Below, in pieces: positions 14,701-26,700 of a DNA stretch of 64,000 bases. This stretch comes from Pristiophorus japonicus (Eukaryota), in NCBI RefSeq assembly GCF_044704955.1, contig NC_091978.1:113150001-113214000 (forward strand). The letters run 5' to 3'. Under the pieces are notes generated by a model. It worked only from the letters and a program-made list of their open reading frames with translations, was not told the origin of the DNA and did no database searches. How positions within the stretch are numbered: the stretch's first letter is position 1; every line of letters begins with the position of its first letter. A program made the translations under genes and the position numbers.

Positions 14701-17700
14701 GCCCACTCGATCCGGTCACTCAGGCTCACTCGCTCTGGTCACTCAAGCCCATTCGATCCAGTCACTTCCCACTTGATCCGGTCACTCTCCACCTGACCCG
14801 GTCACTCAGGCCCACTCGATCCGGTCACTCAGGCTCACTCGCTCTGGTCACTCAAGCCCACTCGATCCAGTCACTTCCCACTTGATCCGGTCACTCAGGC
14901 CCACTCGATCCGGTCACTCAAGCCCACTCGATCCGGTCACTCAGGCCTACTCGATCCAGTCACTTCCCACTTGATCCGGTCACTCCCCACCTGACCCGGT
15001 CACTCAGGCCCACTCGATCCGGTCACTCAGGCTCACTCGCTCTGGTCACTCAAGCCCACTCGATCCAGTCACTTCCCACTTGATCCGGTCACTCAGGCCC
15101 ACTCGATCCGGTCACTCAAGCCCACTCGATCCGGTCACTCAGGCCTACTCGATCCGGTCACTCCCCACTCGATCTGGTCACTCCGCACTCGCTCCGGTCA
15201 CTCAGGCCTACTCGATCCGGTCACTCCCCACTCGATCCGGTCACTCCGCACTCGCTCCGGTCACTCCACACTTGATCCGGTCACTCAGGCCCACTCGATC
15301 CGGTCACTCAGGCCCACTCGATCCGGTCACTCCCACTACATCCGGTCACTCCACACTCACTCCAGTCACTCAGGCCCACTTGCCCTGGTCACTCCCCACT
15401 TGCTCCGTTCACTCAGGCCGACTCAATCCGGTCGAGCAGGCACAGTCCCAAACGAACTCGGGGTGCTGGGGAGAAGGACAGGAACTCGGGGAGAGAAGAT
15501 CAGGAACCTGTGGGAGCAGGGAGCATGGTGAGAACAGTGGGGAGGGAGGCAAGAATATGATCCATGTCTAAAGGAGGGGGGTGGGAATGAGAGCAAAAAC
15601 ATGATCCAGATGGGAAGACAGATCACATTCTCCCACCCACTGTTAGCCTGCATCACGTTCCTCCACCCCCACCCCCTTTATACCTGCACCACATTCTCCC
15701 CTACGCCCACGCCCCAGACCGCAGTGGTTCAAGAAGGCAACGGTTCAAGAAGGTAGTTCACAACCACCCTCTCATGGGCAACTAGGGATGGGCAATAAAT
15801 AAATTAATTTTAACAATTGAGAGTCCAACCAACAGGCATAACGTTACATTTATGTGTATTTGCCGGACTCGACTATTCCAGTGTTCTCCTGGCCAGCCTC
15901 CATCTTCCACCCTCAATGAATTTGAGCTCAAACAAAACTGCTGCAAGTATCCGATCAATCAGCAAGCCTCATTCACCCATCGCCCCTGTGCTCGCTGACC
16001 CTACATTGGCTCATAGTCCACCAATAACGTTCTCGTTAAACTATGTGACCGCGCAGCTGTCTGGAGGTCCCCCGCAGGCCACTTACCGGCTTTTGAATGG
16101 GAGAGTGTGCGCATGCGTGAAATTTTGAGTGGGTCGGCAGCCGTTAAAGGGACTGTGTGACCTTAAAAAATTAGTGGGAACATTGTCCACCAACACCTTG
16201 ATTTTAAAGTTCTCACCCTCGTGTTAAAGTTCCTCCATGGCCTCACCCCTTCCTAGCTTAACTCAGTAGTGTGAACGCTGTGACTGTTCCTAACTCGAGA
16301 GGGTGAGCCCTGTCTGTTCTCTGAAAGCAGTAGTGTTAGCATTGTGAACTCAGTAGCCTGTCTGACAAGGACTGGATCAAATTATACATTCCAGACAAAC
16401 TTGTTGGACATATCTTGTCCTTCAAGGAGACCAATCAGAAATCTAGGCTTGTCCTCCGAGGGGCCCAATCAGAAATCTGGTGTTGCAAATACACGCGACC
16501 AACACGAGCGGACTCCAGGCACAGGACTACTCACTGGGGACAATTAATTGAGATGCTGTCTGGCCTGCTGAGTGTTTCCATCATTTTCTGTTTTTATGCT
16601 GCAATCGGGGTCCTGATGCTTTCATATTGTCCAGGTTGAGGGGAAGTTAAGTAACAATTCCTTGCTTGCCTCCATGTCTTCAACCTGCTCTCAAGGAGCC
16701 ATGCACCCTCCAGTCGATGGGAGTCCGGCAGGTAATAGTGCCAATTTTTGACTGACGCCACTTTGCTGAGGTGCCCAATAAGCAGATTCAGAAGAAAATA
16801 AGGCAGGAAATCCCCCACCTCCCTTACCCACCTCATTACAGTACAGGCAGGAAATGCGCCCTCACCTCTTTATAATGCATGCACTGGGCCTGCTCCTATT
16901 ACAGGGGCAGGCCTAGTCATTATCATGAAAATATCCCAGGAAGTGCCAGCGCAGCATAATGGGTGGGGAGACCTGACGCAATGGATCTTTGCTGTTTCCT
17001 CAGTCCTGCACCTGGTGCAAGGCAAAGTAAAATCTATGGTAATGTAGAAAAAATTGCTGTTGCGTTAATGGAGAAAATAAAAGCTTTCATTGGGAAGAAA
17101 AGAAAATGGAACAAATGCACAGTTGGAACCTAATAACTGAAAGTTAAAATACTTAACCTACTTGTATACAATTGAAATTTTAAAATGAATGACATCCCTG
17201 TTATCTTTTTAGCTTGGGTCTTATTTTGGCAGCGTGTTGTGCTCTGTGGATGTTAACCGAGATTCACTGACGGACGTACTATTGGTTGGGTCACCTATGT
17301 TTATGGGTCAACACAAAAATGAGGAAGGAAGAGTGTACGTGTTCTCTGTCAATAAGGTAAAAGATTTTTCTACTTAATTTAAGATCAATTTGACCATTTG
17401 AGCAGAAGCCTCAGTGGAAACATGGTTTATGCCAGCAAAATCCTTTAATCTGATTTATCCGAAAAAAATCCCATGAGAATATTGCCCAAACTTTTACACA
17501 AGCATTCCATTTATACTAGCATGCCTAAGGGCAACAAACTTGCAGCACAGTAGCAAAACATTACTTGATAATGGTAGAGAAACACTTCTGCTTAGTGTAC
17601 AACAGTTCAATAGATTTTATTTAATAACACTCAAAGAGTACTGGATGTAGTATTATCTGAGAGTAGATAATTGGCTGAAAACTGTACGACCAAGAGTACA

Positions 17701-20700
17701 TGGCATTGGTTCAAACGGAAATGTAAAAACTAAGGTAATATGATATTTATACTGTAATGAAAAATAATAAGGTGCAGAAGAGTTTTTAAACCAAAGAATT
17801 GAAATGGCATATATGCTGCACTAATTATATACAAATAACAATGGCCTTGAAATTTGTGAACACCACAAAAGCTGCTGGTGGCACCGCAGTGGAGTGTGGG
17901 CCACCAAAAATAGTGGAGGATCAAAATATTGGTGCTGGGAACTAATTAACATTAACACAGCTCTAAACTCACTGTGCAATGCTGTCCTGGTGGCGTTCAT
18001 CCCGGCAGGAGGCCCCAATGCACACTGACTGATGTCACCCTCTCTTTATTTACATCCCCAGGGCCAGCGTATAGCAGCGCTAAGGCCCTCACCAAAATGG
18101 CGGCCACCGAGTTCCGCACCAGAGAAAGGTGCTGGAATGGTGGCTGCCATTTTTTGCCAGGAGAGCAGCGCAAATGGGTGGCAGTAAGTAGCCCAATTTC
18201 TGGGCCATTATCTTTGAAGTGTGTATTTTTATTTGTGCAGTGCATCAACATCAATACAGTCTAACAGAGTAAGTGTGTAATTTAGCAGGGTAACCTGGAA
18301 AAGAATGGCATGTTAGAAGGACCAGTTACCGGTAGGAACACTCGATTTGGAGCTGCTATTGCTGCTATCTCTGACATCAATCTGGATGGTTACAATGATG
18401 TTGCAGTTGGAGCACCTGTAGAAGATGAACAACATGGAGTTGTGTACATTTATAATGGATATCAAAGAACAATCCAACCAAAACATACACAAGTAAGAGC
18501 TTCCTGATCATTCTAAAGAGGTTTCAGGCTAAACATTTAAGCCTGAGACATTTTGTTTTATTAAAGTATTAGCTGAAATCCTTACTTTTGGTAGTTTCTA
18601 GCAATACATTTGTTTTTAAGACATTTAGTCCTGGGGAATGAGACACGTTCTATTTCAAGCACCCTGTCTCTATATCAACCATTCTTGAGTAAGATGTAGT
18701 AAGATGGAGGTTTTAAACTAGCTTGGCAGGGTGATGGGAACCTGAGAATAGATTCAGTAGGGAGGGGAGTAAAGCTGGAATTGGAAAGCAAAAATGTAGA
18801 AAATGAACTTGAAAGACAGAGGAAACAAGGGCCAGAAAGTAGTCAACAAGGAGGTCTGACTGTACTAAATGCTGTATACTTCAATGCAAGGAGTATAGCA
18901 AATAAAGCAGATGAGCTGAGAGCACAGATAGACACTTGGGAGTATGATATTATGGCTATTTCAGAGACATGGCTTAAAGAGGAGCAGGTATGACAGATCA
19001 ACATTCCTGGTTACAGGATCTTCAGACTGAATAGAGAGGGAGGTAAAAGGGAGGGAGGGTCACGGTATTGATTAAAGAAACTATTACAGCTGTGAGGAGG
19101 GATGATATGTTAGAGGGATCATCAAATGAGGCCATATGGGTCAAATTGAAAAACAAAAAAGGGGTGATCACACTGCTGGAAGTGTACTATAGACCCCCAA
19201 TCAGAGGGAGATAGAAGAGCAAATATATAGACAAATTTCTGAGAAGCGCAAAAACTATAGGGCAATAATAGTAGGGGATTTCAACTATCCTAAAATTAAC
19301 TGGGACAAAATTGGTGTGAAGGGTATAGAGGGTGCGCAATTCCTAAAATGCATTCGAGAGAACATTTTAGTCAGTATGTAGCAAACCCAACATGGGAGTG
19401 GGCAGTTCTGGTTTTAGTTTTACAGAATTAAGTTGGGCAGGTGGAAGGAGTATCAGTGGGAGAGCATTTAGGTGCTAGTGACCATAATTCAGTTAGATTT
19501 AAAGTAGTTATGGGAAATGACGAGGATAGACCAGGAATAAATGTTCTAAATTGGGAAAAGCCAACTTTGCTAAACTGAGCAGCATTCAAGGGGGAGATCC
19601 GAAGGGTTCACAGCAAGTATGTTCCCTTAAAGAAAAAGGGTGGGACTAACAAATCTAGAGCCCCCTGGATATCGATAGACACTACTATCAAGGAGGAGGA
19701 GTGTGAAATATTAGATGAAATAAATATAGTGAGAGAGGAGGTATTAAGGGGTTTAGCAGCTTTGAAAGTGGATAAGTCCCAAGGCCCAGATGAAATGTAT
19801 CCCAGGCTGTTAAGCAAAGCAAAAGAGGAAATAGCAGAGGCTTTGACCATTGTTTTCCAATCCTCTCTGGCTTCAGGTGTGGTGCCAGAGGACTGGAGGA
19901 CTGCTAATGTGGTACCTCTTATATCTGTGGACTTGTATTTACTCTGTACAGCCACCAGAGGGCTCATTCCCCAGCGTCCCAAGGGCTCCCATAATCGCTT
20001 GGAAGCACAGGTATTTAAGAAGGCTTCAGAAGTTGTAGAGGCGCTCTGGAGACCTGCAATAAAAGACTACGGTCACACTTTACTTTGAGCTCACAGTGTT
20101 CAGTCTGACTCTTTCTCCATACACAACAATGAGATACAGATAGCGAACCCAAAGATGCAGAGAACAAAATTCCTGGAGAAATTTTTGGAGGGAGATGATT
20201 GGGAAACTTTTGTGGAGCGACGCGACCAATACTTCGTGGCCAATGAGCTAGATGGGGAAGAGAGCGTTGCAAAACGTAGAGCGATCCTCCTCACCCTTGT
20301 TGGGGCATCAATGTATGGCCTCATGAAGAATCTGCTCACTCCAGCGAAATCCACGGAGAAATCGTACGACGATTTGTGCACACTAGTCCGAGAGCATTTG
20401 AACCCAAAGGAAAGCATTCTGATGGCGAGGTACCAGTTCTACATCTACAAAAGGTCTGAAGGCCAGGAAGTGGTGAGTTATGTCGCTGAGCTGTGACGCC
20501 TTGCAGGACATTGCGAATTTGAAGGAAATTTGGAGCACATGCTCAGAGACTTTTTCGAACTTGGCATTGGCCACGAAACCATACTTCGCAAACTTTTGAC
20601 TGTAGAGACCCCAACCTTGAGTAAGCGATAGCCCATAGCGATAGCCCAGGCGTTCATTGCCACCAGTGACAATACGAAGCAAATCTCTCAGCATACAAGT

Positions 20701-23700
20701 GCTGCTACAAGTACTGTGAACAAAGTGATGTTGTCTTCGGATCATAACGTACAGGGCAGGTCACACATACCTGCAGCTACACATCCGCAGATGTCTCAGA
20801 GTCCACCATCAAGGGTGATGAATGCAAGGCCATTAACACCTTGTTGGCGATGCAGGGGTGATCACTGTTTCCATTCATGCCAATTCAAAGGATACGTTTG
20901 CAGGGCTGTGGAACAATGGGACACTCCAATGAGTGTGCAGACGAGCTGCTAAGCCTGTTAAACCTGAAAACCACCACGTTGCAGAGGAGGACAGATCCAC
21001 GGAGGGTCACTACGAACCAGGGCCTCAGATCGAGGAGGCAGAGGTACATGCGGTGTACATATTCACCACGAATTGTCCCCCGATAATGCTGAATGTTGAA
21101 CTAAATGGACTCCCGGTGTCAATGAGCTGGACATGGGCGCGAGGCAGTCCATCATGGGCAAAAAGACTTTCGAAAGGTTGTGGTGCAACAAGGCCTCAAG
21201 GCCAGTCTTAACTCTAGTTAGACCCGCCTTGGACCCTACCTTTTTTGATCCCCCAACACACACATCAGTGGCAACCGACACCACGGTTGACTACGAAGCA
21301 GAACCCATCATCCACAGCAGCCCTGCAGGGCCCAACACACCAGGCAGCCCAGCAAGGCCAGCTGCACAGCAGCCTAGCGAGGGTCCAAACACATGATTCA
21401 ACAACACCAGCTTTCACACCAAGACAATCAACCAGGGCAAGAAGGGCCCCAGATCGACTCACATTGTAAATAGTTACACTATTGACTTTGGGGGGAGCAC
21501 TGGTATTTAAGAAGGCTTCACAGGTTGGAGAGGCACGCTGGAGACCTGCAATAAAAGACTAAGGTCACACTTTGAGCTCACAGTGTTCAGTCTTTCTCCA
21601 TACACAACAGTACCTTTGTTTAAGAAGAGAGAAAGGGATAGACCAAGTAATTACAGGCCAGTCAGCCAAACCTCAGTGCTGGGAAAATTATTGGAAAAAA
21701 TCCTGAAGGACAGAATAAATCTTCACTTAGAAAGACATGGATTAATCAAGGGAAGGTTGTGTCTGACTAACTTAATTGAATTTTTCGAGGAGGTAACCAG
21801 GAGGGTCGATGAGGCCAAAGCATATGATGTAATGTATATGGATTTTACCAAAGCTTTTGATAAGGTCCCATATGGCACACTGGTCATGAAAGTAAAAGCC
21901 CATGGGATCCAGAGCAAAGTGGCAAGTTTGATCCAAAATTGTCTCAGAGGCAGGAAGCAAAGGGTAATGATTGATGGGTGTTTTTGTGACTGAAAGGATG
22001 TTTCCAGTGAGGTTCCGCAGGGCTCAGTACTAGGTCCCTTGCCTTATGTGATATACATCAATGATCTAGACTTGAATGTTGGGGATATGATTAAGAAGTT
22101 TTCAGATGATACTAAAATTGGCTATGTGGTTGATAATGAAGAAGAAAGCTGCGAACTGCAGGAAGATATCAATCAACTGGTCAGGTGGGCAGAACAGTGG
22201 CAAATGGAATTTAATCCGGAGAAGTGTGAGGTAATGTATTTGAGGAGGGCTAACAAGGAAAGGGAATACACATTAAATGGTAGGATACTGAGCAGTGTAG
22301 AGGAACAAAGGGACCTTTAAGTGCATGTCCACAGATCCCTGAAAGTAACAGGCCAGGTAGATAAGGTGGTTAAGAAGACATACAGAATGCTTGCTTTAAT
22401 TAGCCGAGGCATAGAATACAAGAGCCAGGTGGGTTATGCTTGAGCTGTATAAAACACTGGTTAGGCCACAGCTGGAGTACTGCATGCAGTTCTGGTCACC
22501 TCATTACAGGAAGGACATGATTGCACTGGAGAGGGTACAGAGGAGTTTTACGAGGATGTTCCTGGGAGTGGAGAATCTTCGTTACGAGGACAGATTGGAT
22601 AGGCTGGATTTGTTTTCCTTGAAACAGAGGAGGCTGAGGGGAGACCTCATTGAGGTGTATAAAATTATGAGGGGCCTAGATATAGTGGATAGAAGGGGCA
22701 TATTTCCCTTAGCAGATGGGTCAAGAGCCAGGGAGCATAAATTTAAAGTAATTGGTAGAAGGTTTAGAGGGGATTTGAGGGGACATTCCTTTGCGCAGAG
22801 GGTTGTGAGGGTCTGGAACTCACTGCCTAAAAGGGTGGTAGAGACAGAAACCCTCACCACATTTAAAAAGTACTTGGATATGCACCTAGAGTGCCATAAC
22901 CTGCAAGGTTACGGACCTAGAGCTGGAAAGTGGGATTAGATTGGATAGCCTCTTGTTGGCCGAAATGGCCTCCTTCCGTGCTGTAAACTTCTATAATTCT
23001 AAGTTAGGTGTCAGCCATGGCTCAGTGGTAGCACTCTCATCTCTGAGGCAGAAGGTTGTGTGTTCAAATTCCATTCCAAGACTTGCACAAAATCTGGGCT
23101 GACTTTCCAGTACAGTACTGAGCGAGTTGCACTGTTGAAGGTGCTATCTTTCAGATGAGACGTTAAATTAAGGTCCCATGGTGAACATAAGAAGACCACG
23201 GGAGTTCTTCCTGGTGTCCTCATCAATATTTATCCTTCAATAACAGATTATCTGGTCAATATCACATTGCTGTTTTTAGGACCTTGTTGTGTGCAAATTG
23301 GCTGCTGTGTTACCTACATTACAACAGCGACTACTCTTCAATAGTGTTTTATTAACTGCAAAGTGCTTTGGGATATCCTGAGGGTTGTGAGGTTATGAAA
23401 GACGCTATATAATTGCAAGTTCTTTCTTTCGAGTTTATTTCACTTCGAAAGGTGTCCTTCAGTTCACTAGCATTGTGAGATAACTATTACCTCTGGCTAC
23501 ATTCCAAAATTTCCAGATTTGTCACATGTGTATACTGTTAGAGATCAGCTCAACCTTTAAAAGTTCAAGAGATACACACATATAAGTTAGGCTGGCACAG
23601 TACTTTAATCAAAATTGTCCCTTTATTTCCAACTTACTGTTCTATCTCAGCATAAATACAAATTCTAAACATATGTTGATCTGTTTTCTAGAAAATACAA

Positions 23701-26700
23701 GCTTCAAAAATCAACACAAAATTGCAATATTTTGGACTGTCCATTGATGGACAGTTGGACTTGAATGGTGATACCATCACAGATCTATCAATTGGATCCA
23801 TTGGGAATGTTGTGCAACTCTGGTATGAGACTTGATGGTGTTTTCTAGTTTCTAATATGTTACAAATAGTTCTCCCATGGTATTGCCCATGGTAGTCTAG
23901 GATCTGGAGTGTGGTTTCTGATGTTTATAAGCCCTGCTGCAACCTAAATGCAACCGTGTTACTGAATTGGTTTAAAAGGAGCAATTATCTAAATTGGGCA
24001 TGTTCTCACTGGAAAAGGGAATTTGAGAGGTGATATGATTGCTGCATTTAGGATTCTAAAGTGACTAAATAATGTAGACAGTGACAAACTATTTCACCTT
24101 GTCCAGAACAGTAGAACCAGAGGACACAGTCTGCAATTGAAGTGGGGTAAATTCAAAAATAATCTGCGGCAACAATAGGAGTAATTTTCACCCCCAAGAA
24201 TGGATGGGTTTGGATGAGTTTTCAGTTAAAAAAAATCTAAATTTCCAACCCGCCCGCTTATGGTTTTAATGGAGGCATGTCCGGGGCCGGATGAACAATC
24301 CACTATCGGGATTTGGTCGGTCAGTAAAAGATTTTAAGGAGGCCGTGTGCCTCCATTTTAACACGATTTTTTATTTTTTACTCAAGGAGGCTGGCAATCC
24401 CAGCAGGTAAAAGGACACACGAAGGGCCAGATTTATAATGTAGTGCATTTGCAGCAATGCTTTTGGGCCAAGAAGTGTGGGAGTATTTTTTCCAGGCTCA
24501 TTAACCAAGCCTCTTTACAAACCCTGTCATCTGCCGACTATCCCCCACATCCCCCATGATCTCCCCCCAACCTCCACAAACCCCCTCCACTCGACCTCCT
24601 CAATCCTCCTCTCGACCTCCACGATATCCTTCTTGACGTACATCTGAAGTGCTCAACTTTGATCTCCACCCCCCATGATCTCCCCTCTCCCCCGTCGATC
24701 TCAAACTCCCTGCAATCTCCCACCCCACAATAACCCCTGCACCCCATAACTCCCTCCCTCCTTTCCACTCCCCAGATGCGGCCTTGTGCCACAGGCTTTC
24801 AAGTCCGACAGGCAGCCACCCTAGCAATCAGGCTGGCTGTTGGGCAGGAAACCTATTGAAAAAAATGTAAAGATATCTTGCCGTTATTTTTTGCAGGATA
24901 TTCGAGAAACCCTTCCTTACGGGTTTCCCATCTGGAAATCCTCTCCCCACGCCCCCGCGCCCCCCCACCCCACTGCTCTCTTCACAGCCCGAGTAAATAT
25001 TGGGGCCAATATTTCAGTGAATGAGTGGTCACTCTATGCAGCAGACTCCCTATGGTGGTAGTAGTTAGCATTGATTTATTCAAATGCAAATTAGATAGAT
25101 TTCTTTCAGAAAATAACATACAATATGACACGTGGTAAGTGTAACATGCTTGGCAGGTGACTTTGAATTCATGGTCCCGAAAACTCGTCACCACTGGGGT
25201 TTTCCTGACCTCATGTCTGGGTCTGTTGTAGAAGATTGATTGCTATGATTATTCAACAATTCCATTATCATTGTATCATTGTATCATGTGACTACCAGAA
25301 TGGTAGAAGGCAAACTAGATGAACCTTCGTCTTCTTTTTGTATAGTAATTTTTATATTCCTATACAACAAATTTACTGAAGCAATGTATGGTATCACTGA
25401 CAAGTAAAACACATTTAATGTTACTGATACAGAAAGATATGAATCTGTCTGAAAAATATTTGTAATACTATTTATCTAACATTCCTAAAGCCTCGTATTC
25501 CCAGTTACCTACATTCTTGAACATTTGATATTTTTTGTTCTGTCAGCTGTGGTGGATTTGCAGTGTTTACTTAGGGCTTATGTATGTGCTTATTCCTCCC
25601 TCCCCTGGGAAATAAATTAAGGATAAGACTGTAGAAAAACAGTGGCAAACATTTAAGGAGATATTTCATAACTCTCAGCAAAGATATATTCCAGTGAGAA
25701 AGAAAGACTCTAAGAGAAGGATGAACCATGCGTGGCTAACTAAGGAAGCTAAGGATGGTATCAAATTGAAAACAAAGGAATACAATGTTGCGAAGGACAG
25801 TGGAAGGCCAGAGGATTGGGAAATTTTTAGAAACCAGCAAAGGACGACTAAAAAAATGAGAGTAAACTAGCAGGAAATATAAAAACAGACAGTAAGAGTT
25901 TCTACAGGTATATAAAAAGGAAGCGAATAGCTAAAGTAAACATTGGTCCCTTAGAGGATAATACTGGGGAATTAATAATGGGAAACAGGGAAATGGCGGA
26001 GACTTTGACCAAATATTTTATATCAGTCATCACGGTGGAATACAGTAAAAGCATTCCAATAATTGATAATTGAGGGGCTATTGTTGGGGGGACTTAAAAC
26101 AATCATTATCACTAGAGAAAAAGTACTAGGCAAACTTATGAGACTAAAGGTGGACAAGTCCCCTGGACCTGATGGCCTGCACCCTAGGCTCTTAAAAGAG
26201 GTAATGGATGTATTGGTTATAATCTACAAATAATCTCTGGATTCTGGAGAGGTCCTAATTGACTGGAAAATGGCAAATGCAACACCCCTATTTAAGAAAG
26301 GAGGGAAACAGAAAGCAGGAAACTATAGACCGGTTAGCCTAATATCTGTTGTTGGGAAAATGCTGGATTGGAGTCCATCATTAAGGAAGAAGTAGCAGGA
26401 TATTTAGAAAATCATAATGCAGTCAAGCAGAATCAGCATGGTTTTATGAAAGGGAAATCATGTTTGACAAATTTTTCATGTATTTTGAGGATGTAATGAG
26501 CAGGGTGGATAAAGGAGAACCAGTAGATGTGTATTTGGATTTCCAGAAATCATTCGATAAGGTGTCACATAAAAGGTTACTGCACAAGATAAGAGCTTAC
26601 GGGGTTGGGGGTGATATATTAGCATGGATAGAGGATTGGCTAACTAGCAGAAAACAGAGAGTCAGGATAAATGGGTCATTTTCAGATTGGCAAACTGTAA

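Noticed and set aside
13716-15432. CRISPR-like array
   Set aside because: Units abut with no unique spacers, there are no cas genes, and the context is a vertebrate intron.
13544-15571. Long ORFs (149, 300 and 163 aa) with repeated RSGHS / LDPVT motifs
   Set aside because: By-products of a stop-poor minisatellite inside an intron; non-ATG starts and no domain.
23007-23080. tRNA gene
   Set aside because: The A/B boxes are the head of a SINE that continues into the Deu core and tail; no intact cloverleaf.
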